A DNA stretch of 61,917 bases, counting the filler, from Squatina squatina (taxonomy: Eukaryota): the NCBI GenBank assembly GCA_031763465.1. It is 4 parts of 4 records of this genome, joined end to end, with 100 filler letters (N's around TTAATTAATTAA, not from the genome) between each part and the next. Parts side by side here need not be neighbours in the genome. Positions count along the whole stretch, not along the records: positions 32,233 to 47,186 come from JARFOE010000001.1; 3 more parts are not named here. The stretch is one strand, 5' to 3'. Below the pieces are notes generated by a model. It was given only the letters and a program-made list of their open reading frames with translations. It searched no databases and was not told where the DNA came from. This document shows, piece after piece, positions 32,483 through 46,503 of the stretch; position 1 is the first letter of the stretch, and each line of letters starts with the position of its first letter. The position numbers were made by a program, and so were the translations under genes.

Positions 32483-35400
32483 GACTCCTTCAACAAGGCC
32501 AACTTTCGTCCCCGCCCCGCCTTCCTGCTGATAAATGGGGAAATTCTATCATTTGTGCATCAAGTCACTCTATGGGTCAGAGTCTATTAATGAAGTCTCA
32601 AGATGCTTTGAACTGTTCTGTTTGTTTTCCCGGCCTATTGGGCATTTTGAGAAAAAATTGACTTGTACTAGCTCTATTTCCTTGTTAATTCTTAAATAGG
32701 GGGAAATTGGAAAAAAAAAATCATTCATGATTGCAATAATTTTTAATGTTTTGTAGGTTTCTTAACCTTGCACCTGANNNNNNNNNNNNNNNNNNNNNNN
32801 NNNNNNNNNNNNNNNNNNNNNNNNNNNNNNNNNNNNNNNNNNNNNNNNNNNNNNNNNNNNNNNNNNNNNNNNNNNNNGTTGGCCTAACCTGCAGTTATTG
32901 TGTCGCTTCTGTTCGATAATCTTCAGTTCCTTAAGTTTCACTGTTGACTTTTTCTTAAAAGGAGTTTGCCTGCTGTGAGGGCTCCTCCTTTCCCCACCAG
33001 TAAGTGAACAGTATATGAATGGTGATTTGCCTTCATTTCTCAATTAATTTTTCTCACTACTAAATTGATTTGTTAAAATTGGCAAATGTAACATCGAGGA
33101 AAGCTGAATGGAAAGGTCACTTGAGGCGAGTATTGCATAAATGTTGTGACCCATGCTGCAACTGAGTTTATTTTTTAAAATATGCATGGATGCACTTAGT
33201 AGAGCTGTCATGTTTATAGTAGTAGTTAGTCCCTCTTACCATTTTGTAAAATATACATTTGCTGTTGATGGTGCCCTTTAAGAGAAACTAGGTGTTGCTA
33301 TGGATTAAAGACTGGCCTTTTACCTCAGACCATGGGGTTCAAATCCAGCTCCGATTGATAGGACGGATGTTTCCTCTGTCTTCTAGCTGTGAGTTCTTGT
33401 ATGAAATGGGTACTAATCATGGGACTACAGCACAAAATTGCTAGTTTGACACCAATCAGTAATCTCATTCTAAGTTCATACGATGACTGGTTTGGCAAGT
33501 GGAAAGCATGTTGCACTGGGCAATAGGCATGCACTTCTTAGTTTAGAGCTTTTTTGAGGCTGAGCAAAGGGAGCTTTACTCAGAATCTGACTAGGGAGTA
33601 CTTAGTGCTGACACTGGCTGCCTGAAGTGGGAAGAGTTGCATCTTGATGAGCACACAAAAGAATAAATCTCTATTGGCCGATTAATATGGAGGAGTAGCA
33701 ACACGTCGACAAATGGATGTCAGAATTTTGGATAGTTGTTGGCTAACTTCAACTTTGGATTTAGACTCTGATCTTCTGGTTCAAAGTTCAGCACTCCAGC
33801 TTTGCAAGCACTCGGTTACCCCCTTGCTTTATTCTTGAAATAGACAGGTCGATAAGATGTGCCCGCGTACAGAATGTTTTGTACAAAGTAGACTTTTTAA
33901 ATTTGGGCTGCAGGTGGATCCTAAAGGGTACATTAATTTGCTAGATGTCTGCCTGTCTGAATCATTGCTGGGCTTTTCTGTATGTGTTGATTAACTCGTG
34001 CATTAAGTACCAGTTCCTGTATACTATTGATCGTGCTCTTTTCCTTGGGGTAACTGGCATTGTCTTCTGCAAGTTAGGACCAGGGNNNNNNNNNNNNNNN
34101 NNNNNNNNNNNNNNNNNNNNNNNNNNNNNNNNNNNNNNNNNNNNNNNNNNNNNNNNNNNNNNNNNNNNNNNNNNNNNNNNNNNNNACTCTGGGATGCAGA
34201 CCATCAGGCCCTGGGGATTTATCTGGCTTCAATCCCATCAATTTACCTAACACCATTTCCTGTCTAATGAGGAGTCACGAACTTCAAATTAATTTGCAAC
34301 AAATTATTATAAATAGCAATGCCATATTGCAATCTAATCATGTCTGCAATGTCGCTGCATCAGAAAATGACTAATCAGGCATTGGTTGACAAACAGAAAG
34401 CACCAGCATTGCAGCACATGTAGCGATTAGCGAGTGCTGGTTGGGCCAACCAGCAATTGAAAATGGTCAGATGCAATTACCATATTTATTCCAAAAGCTA
34501 TTACATTATTATTACACATGGCAGAAGCCTTCTGGGTCCATTGAAAACTTACGATCAAAGTGGAACTGATTGATTGTTGGATTGAATAAAGGTGTTGTTG
34601 GCATAAAGGTAAGTTTTAAATAGTACGGCTAGAAATGGATGTTGCCAATATAGCCGACAAATTTGTAACTCTGTCCCCAGTTTAAGTGAAGTAAGACTCA
34701 AAGTACAATAATTAATTTTATGTTTGCCTTCAAGGTCGTGCTACGTTAAGCTGATGAACTCTTCCTGTATTTACTCCAATAAGATTTTCTAGGCTTTATG
34801 CTTAACACTACTGCAAGTATATAATTTTTCAGTGATGCATAGCTGTTGATTCCTGGCACAAGGTGAAGATTTAGCCCCAGCTAAAACTAATCCTTGAAAT
34901 AGTTCATTTAACATTATCAATTGAGGAAAAAATATCCTAACTTTGATATTCCACCAGTTAACTCTCAAACTTGCATGAAAGTAATGGATGTCACAAATAA
35001 GTATCTCTACAGCAAATAATTTGTGTCATTAAAACCCTGCGTAATTGCCGAACTGCACTTCAAGATGAAATGTTAACACACAGACAAAAAAAACAACACA
35101 GAAGCAGGAGGAATCCTTGATGCACCTGGGTGAACAGTTAATTAAATGTAACTTTTTTCCCCCTTTCTCTCTTGCACCTTTTACTCAGCAACGCACCCCA
35201 CCCAGCCACCCACCAAAAGATGGATTGCCCTGCTGGATGGATCTGCCAAAAACTGTCTGTTCCCCATTTGAGTGTCTATAATGCAAATTTAATTTCTATC
35301 ACTCTCTTTAGCATGAAATACATTAGTCACATCTCTGTTTTGCAGTGTATTGATACACTAAACTGTTGTATTACAGGTCAGTGTGAGACTGTTTGTTAAA

Positions 35401-36444
35401 TTGAATATATTTAGGGAAACTCCTTGTTTGATCAATCCTGCAGGCTCCCATGGTCTAGTATGGTGACAGGTGTGGGAGTTAGCCTGATGGGTTTGTGCGT
35501 GCACATATGTTTTCAGAGAAATGATGCCTGGAGGAATATGCAGCTTCCTGGGCTGGAGAAGATTGAAAATGCCATGATGAGCAAAACAGCAAGAATGAGC
35601 ATTTTTACACATTTTCAAAAACTATATTTTAAATTTGATTTGTGCTTTATTTGTAATATGATTTGATGATGTAGGTTATTACACTGTTTGTGCTGTCCTT
35701 GTCCAAGTAATTGCTCACATTCTTTATGGAAGGGAAGTGTTGCTATGACTGTAAGTTAATTTTCACATTAAAAATGGCTGAGAAAAAACTCAAAACAATT
35801 GCGCACCAGGAAAGAACAGTTAAATAACATTGCTGCATCAAGTTGACTGCCTTGAATTTCTCAAACTTAACATCTGGGGTAATATTTTACTCGGTTTAAC
35901 AAAATAATTTTACCATAACTTTATGCAGTAATTATAAGCTCTTCATTTTCTCAAATCAAAATATACTCCTGATGCTTCAAAATGCTTTTCTTCACATTGC
36001 ACCATATGGTTTGAACAGGGAATTGTATGAAGATTAGATTTTATGTCCCACTGGAGGCGCTAAGCAACCCCCTTTGGTTTTACTCAAATTATCACGCCAG
36101 CCAACTTGTGCGATGATAACTCAGCTAAGCTGCGCTGATTATTTGTCAAGTTGTATATTAGGATAACTCCTAATCCTGTAACCTCCATATGGGAACATTT
36201 TATTATGGTTATCACTTGATGTTCTTTCACATTATATGGAAAATTTCAATCAGCATACGTCATTAACTATAGGGAGTTGCACTTTTGGTGTCTCCAGTAG
36301 TTTTGCAGAACTGAAAAATGCAATTTTTAATTTATTTATTCTCTACTATAATAAAATGATCTTTGAGGTTTTGTTGTAAAAGTGTTTCACCTCTATAACC
36401 TGCTTAAAGTGCTGACATTGGTCATTTAAAGCTCTTTGGACAAA

Positions 36445-36805
36445 CTCGCTGAGTAACTGTCAATGAGGAGTTAAGCTGTATAGAGCAAGAAGGTCCCAGG
36501 TTCAATTGCCAGCCTGTGCTGTGTTAGCAGATCTTGGCTAGGGTGCCAGTAGAGATGCTACAGTTGGCGTCAGTACTTCTGAACAAAGCAGGAGAACATA
36601 GGAAAGCGTTTTCACCATATAATTGCCATTTGCAGGGATGCTGGGGGAGGATAGGTTTGCCTGTGATCTCCTTTGTGGTTGAATGGCTTCCTGACATTCA
36701 CTGTTGAAGGTTACGCCTGAATCATGGCCATTTGGGTGCAGGAGTGTGGCCAACACCTGTAGAATTGAGCTCAGCAATGAGTCAATGCCTTCTGGAGATG
36801 AGAAA
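36445..36805 (+). mobile_element. LF-SINE-like ancient SINE
   Basis: gaaggtcccaggttcaat, ctgtgctgtgttagcagatcttggc, gctacagttggc and tggccatttgggtg. Confidence 0.7.
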
Positions 36806-39800
36806 ATTGGTGAAGATCAAAGCAGTTTGTTGGTAGGCCAGTAATGAGCAGCAACCATCATTAATGTTTACAACTGCTTAAGCTTCTATTTTTAGTACAT
36901 GCTGAGAGTTTCAAGCAGCTTTCACACTGTTCTGTGAAGACAGATCATGAAAACATATTGGGCCATTTCAGACTGTGACGCACAAACACATAGGAATTGT
37001 ATTTCTTTTCTTTTTCCTTTCTGCTTGGTAGAGCTGCCAAAAGCTTAGCGCAANNNNNNNNNNNNNNNNNNNNNNNNNNNNNNNNNNNNNNNNNNNNNNN
37101 NNNNNNNNNNNNNNNNNNNNNNNNNNNNNNNNNNNNNNNNNNNNNNNNNNNNNCAGGGTCACTCAGCACCGGAGTCCCAGAGCCAGAGAGGGACTGGGGG
37201 AGTGGGGAGCGAGAGGGGGCCCAGGGCCCGGGGTGCAAGTAATCCATATATAATCTTAGATAAAACAATATAAAGGGTGAGGCGAGTGGGACGGAGGAAC
37301 CCTCATGGATAATCTGAACATCCACCCAGTCGCCTCATCAAACACCACCTGCCCTACCTATGGCAGAGTCTGTGGATCCCATATAGGGCTCATTNNNNNN
37401 NNNNAATGCTTGCTGCTGATACTGGGTGGAAAAAGCTTTTTGTTCGATTTCCACAACTGACCTTGACGAACACCAAAATCACCTTCCTCCCAAGAATTTG
37501 TTTTTTTTTAATTAAAATTTTATCAACGTCACCCTTTCTCCTTTTTTGTAATCAAATTCTGAGAAACAGTTTAATCACTTGCCATGATTTTAACATTTGG
37601 AAATTGTTAATTGGGGTGTGTTTTTCTACCTCGAGTTGCTCGATGGAAACGAATTTTAAAGTAAACGGAACTAAGGTATCCTCAGTTTGGTTCAGCTCTC
37701 TGAAGTTGATGTTCAATCGGAAAACTTCTTTTTTCAATTCATTTCCCTTCGGCTGTCTGAAGATACAGTTATTATCCCGAATCTAATCTTTATGATAACA
37801 TCTCGGGTAGGTAGGATCAGTTTAAAAAAAAAAGTAACTGTTTTCAATCAAAGAGAACAAAACAGAAGGAATTGCCCAAAACATTTGGCTGCTTGTAACT
37901 GTTTCTTGCTATATTCCTTTTTAGATTTGCTTTTTATTGCAATTTCTTTTAAACATCACAGATTGAGTTAAAGTCTTTTCTAATGTTGAATCTTGATGCC
38001 AGTGAGGAATCTCCTTGTGAAAATAAGTAGGCTGAAGCGAGAAGCTGCTAAACCCAGACTCAATGGCACAAGGGCAGCTGACTGTAATTTCCTGTACTTT
38101 TTCAAGCATAACTAATGTAAGCACTTGTTTTAATGTAGCATAAACATCTGTTAATGGACATAAATGTACTGGTATTGCATGTCATTAAGTGAAGAGGGAA
38201 TTGAAAGATAAATGGAAATTCAAGCATAATGAGATTACCACATCAGTGATGCACCTCCAATGATTCACTAAATTACATCTACACAATGGTAATGTTTATT
38301 GCAGCCGTGTGTAATCAGAATTAGTTCTATTTAAATAGTGCTGGGTTGGAACTAAACAAACTTTCTGCGAGCCACGTGCTATTTGTTTATACTTTTGTTG
38401 CCATTTCTGCCAAGTTAGCTGCTATATTGCATATTGTAAACCAATGTAACTCGCGCACATTTGTATCTCAACTTGGTTTACAATCGCAGACTTGTATCTC
38501 ATTTATATTGACTTGGGTTATNNNNNNNNNNNNNNNNNNNNNNNNNNNNNNNNNNNNNNNNNNNNNNNNNNNNNNNNNNNNNNNNNNNNNNNNNNNNNNN
38601 NNNNNNNNNNNNNNNNNNNNNNNNNNNNNNNNNNNNNNNNNNNNNNNNNNNNNNNNNNNNNNNNNNNNNNNNNNNNNNNNNNNNNNNNNNNNNNNNNNNN
38701 NNNNNNNNNNNNNNNNNNNNNNNNNNNNNNNNNNNNNNNNNNNNNNNNNNNNNNNNNNNNNNNNNNNNNNNNNNNNNNNNNNNNNNNNNNNNNNNNNNNN
38801 NNNNNNNNNNTTTTGATTTTAAAAAAAATCAGGTGGTTGACTGCATACAAAACTTAACTGCGCAGTAGGGGTCCATTTGGTCCTTCATGTCTGTGCCAAT
38901 TCTTCACTAGAGCAATCCAAAAGCAATCCTACTGCCTGCTCACTCCCCATAGCCCTATATCCTCTGCTTCAAGTATTTGCCTCATTTTCTCTTGAAAGAT
39001 TTGCTGCTTCAACTGCTCCCAGTGGCAAAATATTCTATGCTTCAATAATCTCTGCTTAACAACATTTCCCTTTAAACCTCTCCTCATTTCTTTAACAGTT
39101 TGCAACTGAATTAATAATTCTGTTTTGTTGCCTGTAAGTTTTGCTTTAGTGGGGGAGGGGGAGCACCTTCAATTGGGTGTGTGGGAGGGCAGCAATGATT
39201 TGTGGTGGTTCTTTCTAGGATAAGGGATTTTAGACAGGGTGATGGATTTTTTTTTACATAGACATGGTCGATTTGTGTGTACTGCTGTTGCTGGTGACCG
39301 TTATTTTCAGTCTATTGTGTCTACTTCCTGTGTGTCAAAGGTCTTTGGAGGAGGGTGGTGTAAAGATGGGAAGCTGGNNNNNNNNNNNNNNNNNNNNNNN
39401 NNNNNNNNNNNNNNNNNNNNNNNNNNNNNNNNNNNNNNNNNNNNNNNNNNNNNNNNNNNNNNNNNNNNNNNNNNNNNNNNNNNNNNNNNNNNNNNNNNNN
39501 NNNNNNNNNNNNNNNNNNNNNNNNNNNNNNNNNNNNNNNNNNNNNNNNNNNNNNNNNNNNNNNNNNNNNNNNNNNNNNNNNNNNNNNNNNNNNNNNNNNN
39601 NNNNNNNNNNNNNNNNNNNNNNNNNNNNNNNNNNNNNNNNNNNNNNNNNNNNNNNNNNNNNNNNNNNNNNNNNNNNNNNNNNNNNNNNNNNNNNNNNNNN
39701 NNNNNNNNNNNNNNNNNNNNNNNNNNNNNNNNNNNNNNNNNNNNNNNNNNAAGGCTTTAAAAGTTAGAAACTTGTAAGAATTGATGCTTTCTGTAATGCA

Positions 39801-41267
39801 GTCTCTGATGAATCCATTGTACATACAGTCTTCGAACTCGTGGAAGTTGACAATGTGTCCATAAATGATGTATGAGATTGAGACCCTAGTTAACTGTGAT
39901 TGCTGGTAACGTTAACACATGTTAAATACAGTCTGTTTTGATAAAACTGTTATGCTGTGGCACTTCGGTTGTTAAGAGCAGAAACAAAATCTTTGAGCAG
40001 CAAGCTTCAACAAAAAAATAATTGAACAAAACTTTTAGTGCATACTTTTGTAGCAGATTTCCCAAGTGTTGGACTTAAGTGTTTTTTAAAAATATGGCCA
40101 CTGTTTTTTCCTGCCAATTAATCTTGTTCCTACATGGTTTATTTTCAAGTTGGACTCCCTATCCTGGATTATGTGCCTGGTCCAATCTAGTAATGAATTG
40201 TAGTATTTTCAGGGTTTCTTGCTGCTTTCCATTGGTTTGTATTTCATTTGGCTGCAACAACCGGAATGGTGTTAGCTGCATCTGTGTATAGAGCAAAGTC
40301 GGTTGTGAAGTGTACGCTTAAATCTGATCAATGAGAAACATTTGGTGTACTTTTTTCATTCTTGAATCATGGTTTTGTTGCGATACTATTAGATTGTCTC
40401 TTAATGCTTCAAGCAAAATTGATGCGATTGGGTGGGAGTTTTGGGCTATTTTTGTAATCCAGAAAGTTGGGATTGATGGCGTTGAGACTAACAACTGTGA
40501 AAATCCTTTGAAAACAGGAAACTCAGCCACTGTGTGTGTGTGTGTGAGGAACAGATGATCAGGATGATAGCCAGCTGAGTGGAAACTTCCAGTGAGCCTG
40601 TTTTTTCCTTGTTTTGCTCAGTGTACGACTGAGCTTCCTGGAAAACCCACAAAAAAAAACCTAATGGTCTGATCATTTGAGTTTTGTGTAGTCACACATG
40701 CAGTAAATAGTTTCCCATTGTGTTCTGAACTGCTGCCACAGTGGTTCAAACAAATTTGTTTTTCTCTGATGGCACNNNNNNNNNNAAACCTAATCAGTCA
40801 TGTTGTCTTCCGTTTGTCTTGGGATCACAAAGAAATATTACAAGCATGGGTTTAGGGAAGGAAAAATGATGAGATGCAGTTGTTCCATAATCTGGATACA
40901 AGTTTAAACATCGCTTATAATCTAGAACCTAATTTAAACATTGCTTTATTGGTAATTAACATGATACCTCAAATGTAAATGGAGAAAAAAAAATGTTTGG
41001 ATACTATCTCAAGTACCCAGGGTGTGTTCATAGGTCATGCTTGTCTTGACCTTACTACATCGTGAGGAGCTTTTATTTGAATTCTTGCTCTTTTTTATAC
41101 ATGGTGGAGCTGATCAGTTAAATTCAGTGTTGCCTCAGTCCAGAGCTTTCAGCTCCAAAACTTTNNNNNNNNNNNNNNNNNNNNNNNNNNNNNNNNNNNN
41201 NNNNNNNNNNNNNNNNNNNNNNNNNNNNNNNNNNNNNNNNNNNNNNNNNNNNNNNNNNNNNNNNTGA

Positions 41268-42010
41268 TATTTTATACGCAAGTTTTTGAAAGTGCAAGCT
41301 AATAACCTCACAGCGAGGGAAACTAGGCATCTGGGACCTACATGATCAAGGCAAGCAACTGCGCATCTCCTTACCCAATCAGATTGAAGGATTGTGAAAT
41401 TAACTGCGCAAGAACTAAGAAATATGTGTAAATTCGAGTGGGTGAATTCAATGTCAAATCAGGTACAGAAACGGAAATAAAGAGAGGGAAAGAAAGATCA
41501 GGTACAGCAACAGAAATAGAGAAGGAAAGAAAGTTTGGATTAAGAGAGAGAAAAAAAGAGACCAAAAGGAAAAGAAAAACTTTTTTTTAATTATTAAATG
41601 CTACATTTTGAAAATCTCCAACAACAATTAACACCTTAAGGAATGAGACTCCCTACTTGTAACAGTTAATTTTCAGTGTCAGGGAGATTGCCTGGCAGTA
41701 ATTAACACTTACTTAAAATAGTACTTAGACTGAAATGGACAGGTCTTGACATTTATGTGGCTATTTTAATTTGTATCTGCCTCACAAGTACAGCAACTTC
41801 ATACCATTCAATGTATTTCAGTGGTGAGGCAGACAGCAAGATGCCATTTTCTTGAAGCTAATTGCGAAGCGGCGCAACTTGGTCAGCAACTCTTAGATAT
41901 CCGCGTTTAACCACACATCTGCCCCTCGCCTGAATTTGCTGTACTATTTACGCATAAATAACAGCGAATGCCATTAGCCTCTCCATTATTTTGACAGGAA
42001 ATTCTGGGCC
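41268..42010. mobile_element. Non-autonomous DNA transposon remnant; a second fragment lies at 42471-42600
   Basis: Ends in aaattctgggcc like the other MITE termini; ccaatcagattgaaggatt...aaatcaggtaca is shared with 42475-42560. Confidence 0.5.
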
Positions 42011-43839
42011 AGTGTTCCAATTGCTTAGTGTACTAAGGATTTCTAAATATTGAATTTCATAAACTGATTCCAGGGAATTATAGCTATCTAATTTGAGGAG
42101 CTTACCATACTTTTGAGGTGGGAAAGGATATAAGCAGAGGCGTACATTCTTTCTTGTTTAATGTACATAATGGAGCTTTGAAAATTCATTTGCTTAAGTG
42201 AGATACCTCACAGGTTTTGGGTGGATCCCAAAATGTATTCACCTGGTGATGTTGGATCTAATGATTGAAATAACTGGGAGTGAACACATTCTGACTTACT
42301 CATTTGTGAGTGGGATAGATTGTAATTGTGATGTGTTTTGATTATAATGTAACCTGATGTTGGAGAACCNNNNNNNNNNNNNNNNNNNNNNNNNNNNNNN
42401 NNNNNNNNNNNNNNNNNNNNNNNNNNNNNNNNNNNNNNNNNNNNNNNNNNNNNNNNNNNNNNNNNNNNNATCTTAACCAATCAGATTGAAGGATTGGCAG
42501 AACACGGACAGAGAAGTAAGTGTCAATTAGAGGGGGTAAATTCAATGCCAAATCAGGTACAAAAGGAGAAATAAAGAGAGTGAAAGTAAAATTAGATTAT
42601 GCAGTTACAGTAGCTCTCTTATCTTCATCCATCACCTTTAACTTTTCCTCTTGTACGGGCTTCATTTGAGCCCTTTCATTCAATCCGTTGTGGGCTATAT
42701 TGGTGAGCAGGAGTGCAATATTGTTAACTCCCTCTCATAAAAATAATTCAGAATGACCCTGGTAACCAATAAAATTCCTCTCTGATCTGTAATAGAAATG
42801 ATTGAGTCATCAGAGTTGCTTTTGTTTTATTCAGAACTCCCACTTAATTAGACACCACCCACTTAATTGTACAAAATGCAGTGTTTCTGAATGTTGCTTA
42901 GTTGAGTTTGTCACTTATTTTTGTTGGTTCGAGGAGGCAGTCCATTTAAAAATCCCACTAATTTGACATAATACCAGAATGCGCCATTTAGTGTTTCAAT
43001 ATTTGATGCTATTTCTTGGACACTATTGTGAAAGAACAGATGCTCCAAGGTTATGCAGAACTGATCTCCTTTTGCTCTTTGTTTCCGTTATTCTCTCCAT
43101 TCCTTTAAATGGAGGTTACTTAATTGCAGATTCCACTTCAAAACTTTTATGGCNNNNNNNNNNNNNNNNNNNNNNNNNNNNNNNNNNNNNNNNNNNNNNN
43201 NNNNNNNNNNNNNNNNNNNNNNNNNNNNNNNNNNNNNNNNNNNNNNNNNNNNNTTGCATCTCGTTGCGTACATGAGCACAATTCCAGAAAGGCCGTACAA
43301 ATGACATGCTGCCAGCTACAAATTGATTCGGTTGCTATCAGTCTCCAGTAGTACAGTATATGCCAGGCTTAATGAGACAGACAGGGATCCACATAGTAAC
43401 GCACATTAGCATTAAATAAATGTTGCCACTAATTAAAACATTAGGCTGCCTATGCCTGCTCTGCAAACCTCAAGGGATATCAGCAGATTCTCGAGTTGAT
43501 GAGTTGCTGGTGAGATACAAGACAACAGTGGGTAAGGAGATGAGACAGATCTCATTGCAGCAAACACGAGACAAATGTCCCACTGCAGCAGCTCAGGGGT
43601 AGAAGACATCAATCAAATCACTGTGCTCATACTACCAGCTTCATTGGACAGATGTTGTAGTGCCTCCTTGCCCTCTTTTTTCACTGGCGCTTGCTGACAA
43701 GTAAAATGCATGCTGATGCCTCTGTCAATAGTAATATTGCACAGCATGCATCACATTGTCACTATTTGTCCACCTTCTTGGAGATCTACATGACATAGCC
43801 ACCGGAACGGTCAAGGCACATGAAGCACTGTGAAAGGTG

Positions 43840-44165
43840 GGCCACTGAGGAGGGATGATGGAGGAGGATGGAGTGAATGTCTGTCACCTGCAGTAAAGAT
43901 AGAGTACAAGGAAGGATAAGTCACAGCTGTAATGAAAAAGGATGCCCTTGGGGACTTTCACCAGAGCAGATTTGAAGAGGGAATGATGGGCGAGAACACA
44001 CGGGGCTGGATGCCAGAGACATTTGACGACTTTGGAGAAGGAAAAGCTGGAGATATGGTGGTAACTGGACAGAACAGAGGGGTCAATGGTAGTTTTTTTT
44101 GAGGAGTGTAGTGATGACAATCCTGAAAGATGGTGGTACAGAGCTTGAAGGGGAGAGTCATCAAC
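43840..44165 (-). mobile_element. L2 LINE RT fragment
   Basis: Minus-strand KKTTIDPSVLSSYHHISSFSF.SKV resembles L2 KKPTLDPSVLANYRPISNLPFLSKV. Confidence 0.7.
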
Positions 44166-44520
44166 AATATGATGTACTTTTGGGGCATTTGCAGCATGGC
44201 CCCAGTCAGAGGTATTAACCTTCTACTTAACACTACAATACAAATGTATCATACAATGCAATCAAGAGTATTTACAAAAGGGAAACAGTGTTTAAAAGTA
44301 TCCTTTTGGGTAGTCAATGTAAAAGACGCGGGGGGCGGGGCGGTGCTGACTCAGACACCAGTCTTTTGGAGTTAGTGACAGAAATTCACGTACAATAAGA
44401 TGCAACACAATTGTTATCATTTTCTGACGTATGATTGGCAGGCATATTTGTGATTTGATATGTGGACGCTGACTGACACACAAGGACAAACCTACAGGAG
44501 TGACTTCACTTCTAAGTCAG

Positions 44521-44660
44521 GAAGGATCTTGAGAACAGTTACATTTTTGATATCAAAACAATTGACCGTGTCTTCTACCTGGTAGCAGACACTGAAGAAG
44601 AAATGAATAAGTGGGTTCGATGCATCTGTGATATCTGTGGGTTCAATCCTACTGATGAAG
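44521..44660 (+). CDS. GAB1: GAB1 PH-domain exon, 3' half only
   Basis: [46 protein letters not shown]|gtaagt; 5' boundary uncertain (CAG at 44518-44520, in-frame TAA at 44513). Confidence 0.9.
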
Positions 44661-45112
44661 GTAAGTGCCTTAGCTTTGCTTATTTCCAGCTTTTGATAGT
44701 ATAAAATTGGAGTTATATTTACGCAGTTTGGTCCATAATTAGAATGAAGAGAACTTGTCCTGAAAATTCCAGGATCCTGTGTCCGTAAAAGAAGCGGTAT
44801 CTGGACAGGCAGGGGTGGGATCTAATTAAGCAGAGGACGTTGTGGCTTAAGTCGGGGGGGAAGGCATATAATCAGTCAGGACATAAATGGGTGGATGTAT
44901 TGGAGCACCATACAATATAAATCTCTTGCTGCATCTGGATTGTCTACAGGAACAGTAAGGTTAGCAAGCTGTCTTTTTCATTTGAGACCTGGATTTCGAT
45001 CCAGCTCGACAGNNNNNNNNNNNNNNNNNNNNNNNNNNNNNNNNNNNNNNNNNNNNNNNNNNNNNNNNNNNNNNNNNNNNNNNNNNNNNNNNNNNNNNNN
45101 NNNNNNNNNNNN

Positions 45113-45420
45113 TGTGTTTCCTGCTTGTCTCTCTGTTTCCTCATGTCTCTCTGTTTCTTGTTGGTCTCTGTTTTTCCTCCTGTCTCTGTGTTTTCTGTCT
45201 AACTCTATGTATCCTGTCTCTATCTGTGTTTCCTGCCTGTCTCTGTGTTTCCACCTGTAACTGTTTTTCCTGTCTGTCTCTGTGTTTCCAGCCAGACTCT
45301 GTGTTTCCTGCCAGTCTCTGTATTTCCTCCAGTCTCTACTTCATGCCTGTCTGTGTTTTCTGACTTTCTCTATGTTTACTGTCTCTCTCTGTGTCACCTG
45401 TCTGTCTGTTTGTTTCCTCA
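45113..45420. repeat. Low-complexity ctgtctctgtgtttc repeat
   Basis: Irregular tandem TC/TG-rich units. Confidence 0.8.
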
Positions 45421-46503
45421 TGTGATGAGGATGAGAAAGTTTCATAAGCAATCATTTTGCATGTGTACCACCAGAGACTGTATCTCAAGAGTTCAGAGAA
45501 ATTTTAAGAAGTTGGGAGTATAAATTGTGCTGTATAGTATTGTGCTTATATCTTTCTGCCTCTATGTATTTTATAAATATCACCTGGGCAGTAGTTTTTG
45601 TCTAATTGAGGTAGTCTTGTGATACAGCATTTTCCTCATCTAAACTGACAGAAGAATGTCATGAGCATCTGATTTGTTCACCATTCTGCCACTTACCAGG
45701 TTAATTATTGGAATCTGGCTACACTAACTCATACCTGCCTGAGAATAAAGACACGTATTTTGGTTCATAAGAGGTTTGGTTTGCTGTGGAAATTTGTCGA
45801 TGAGTGGTTTATGGTGGGGGTGGGGAGGAAGAGTTTGAGAGCCTGAAATGTTTCAGCGCTGAATCAGCTTTGCCAATGTTCAGATTATTATCTTGTCTTC
45901 CAAAAGGACCTCCCCCAGATGATGATTTTTCGTCCAGTATCTCATTCCAGTTTGAGAGTACAGTTCGGAGATGTTGCTGGGTTCCTAACTAAGACTGATC
46001 AGAGAAAGATGATAAAAAAATGTTTTGGAACTACTCTCTTCCTATAATGCCTACATTTCTCCAGTCACAAAATCTGTTTGTCAAAGCAAACAGGGAAGTA
46101 GTTGACAGTTGGAACAAAATTTTTTTCTGGAGTCTTTAATCCATTATGAGCTCCAGAAAAAAGTTTATGAAAGTTTGTGAAATATGGCAAGATGGTTGTG
46201 CAATCTACCCATAGTATTGAAACACAAGCATTGGCTTATAAATAACATTTCGAATGCATCTGATTTAATTTTCCTCACTGGATGCAATTTGGTGAAGTTT
46301 TCTGAATGTACTGCCACAATTTAAACTTAACTTTCAAATAAAATGCAGAATGACCAATTCTGTTAATTTACAAATACTGATCGAACACCTGCCCTGTTCC
46401 CAGTTTGGGCCGTTTAAAGTTGAACATAGTTGTTCAGTGACTCTTTTTCAAAATACTTTTATTGGTGTAGCTGCTGATCACTGACTCTTTTGTCCCATTG
46501 TAG

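Noticed and set aside
32293-32502. Poly-proline ORF on the minus strand
   Set aside because: It is the antisense of the USP38 poly-Gly exon
37154-37393. GAB1 exon 1 or its CpG promoter
   Set aside because: No MSGGEVVCSGWLRK coding sequence was found; part resembles a retroelement tail, and exon 1 is probably in a gap
38346-39824. Long ORFs full of X (also 58031-58672 and 59230-59871)
   Set aside because: They stay open only because they run through N gaps
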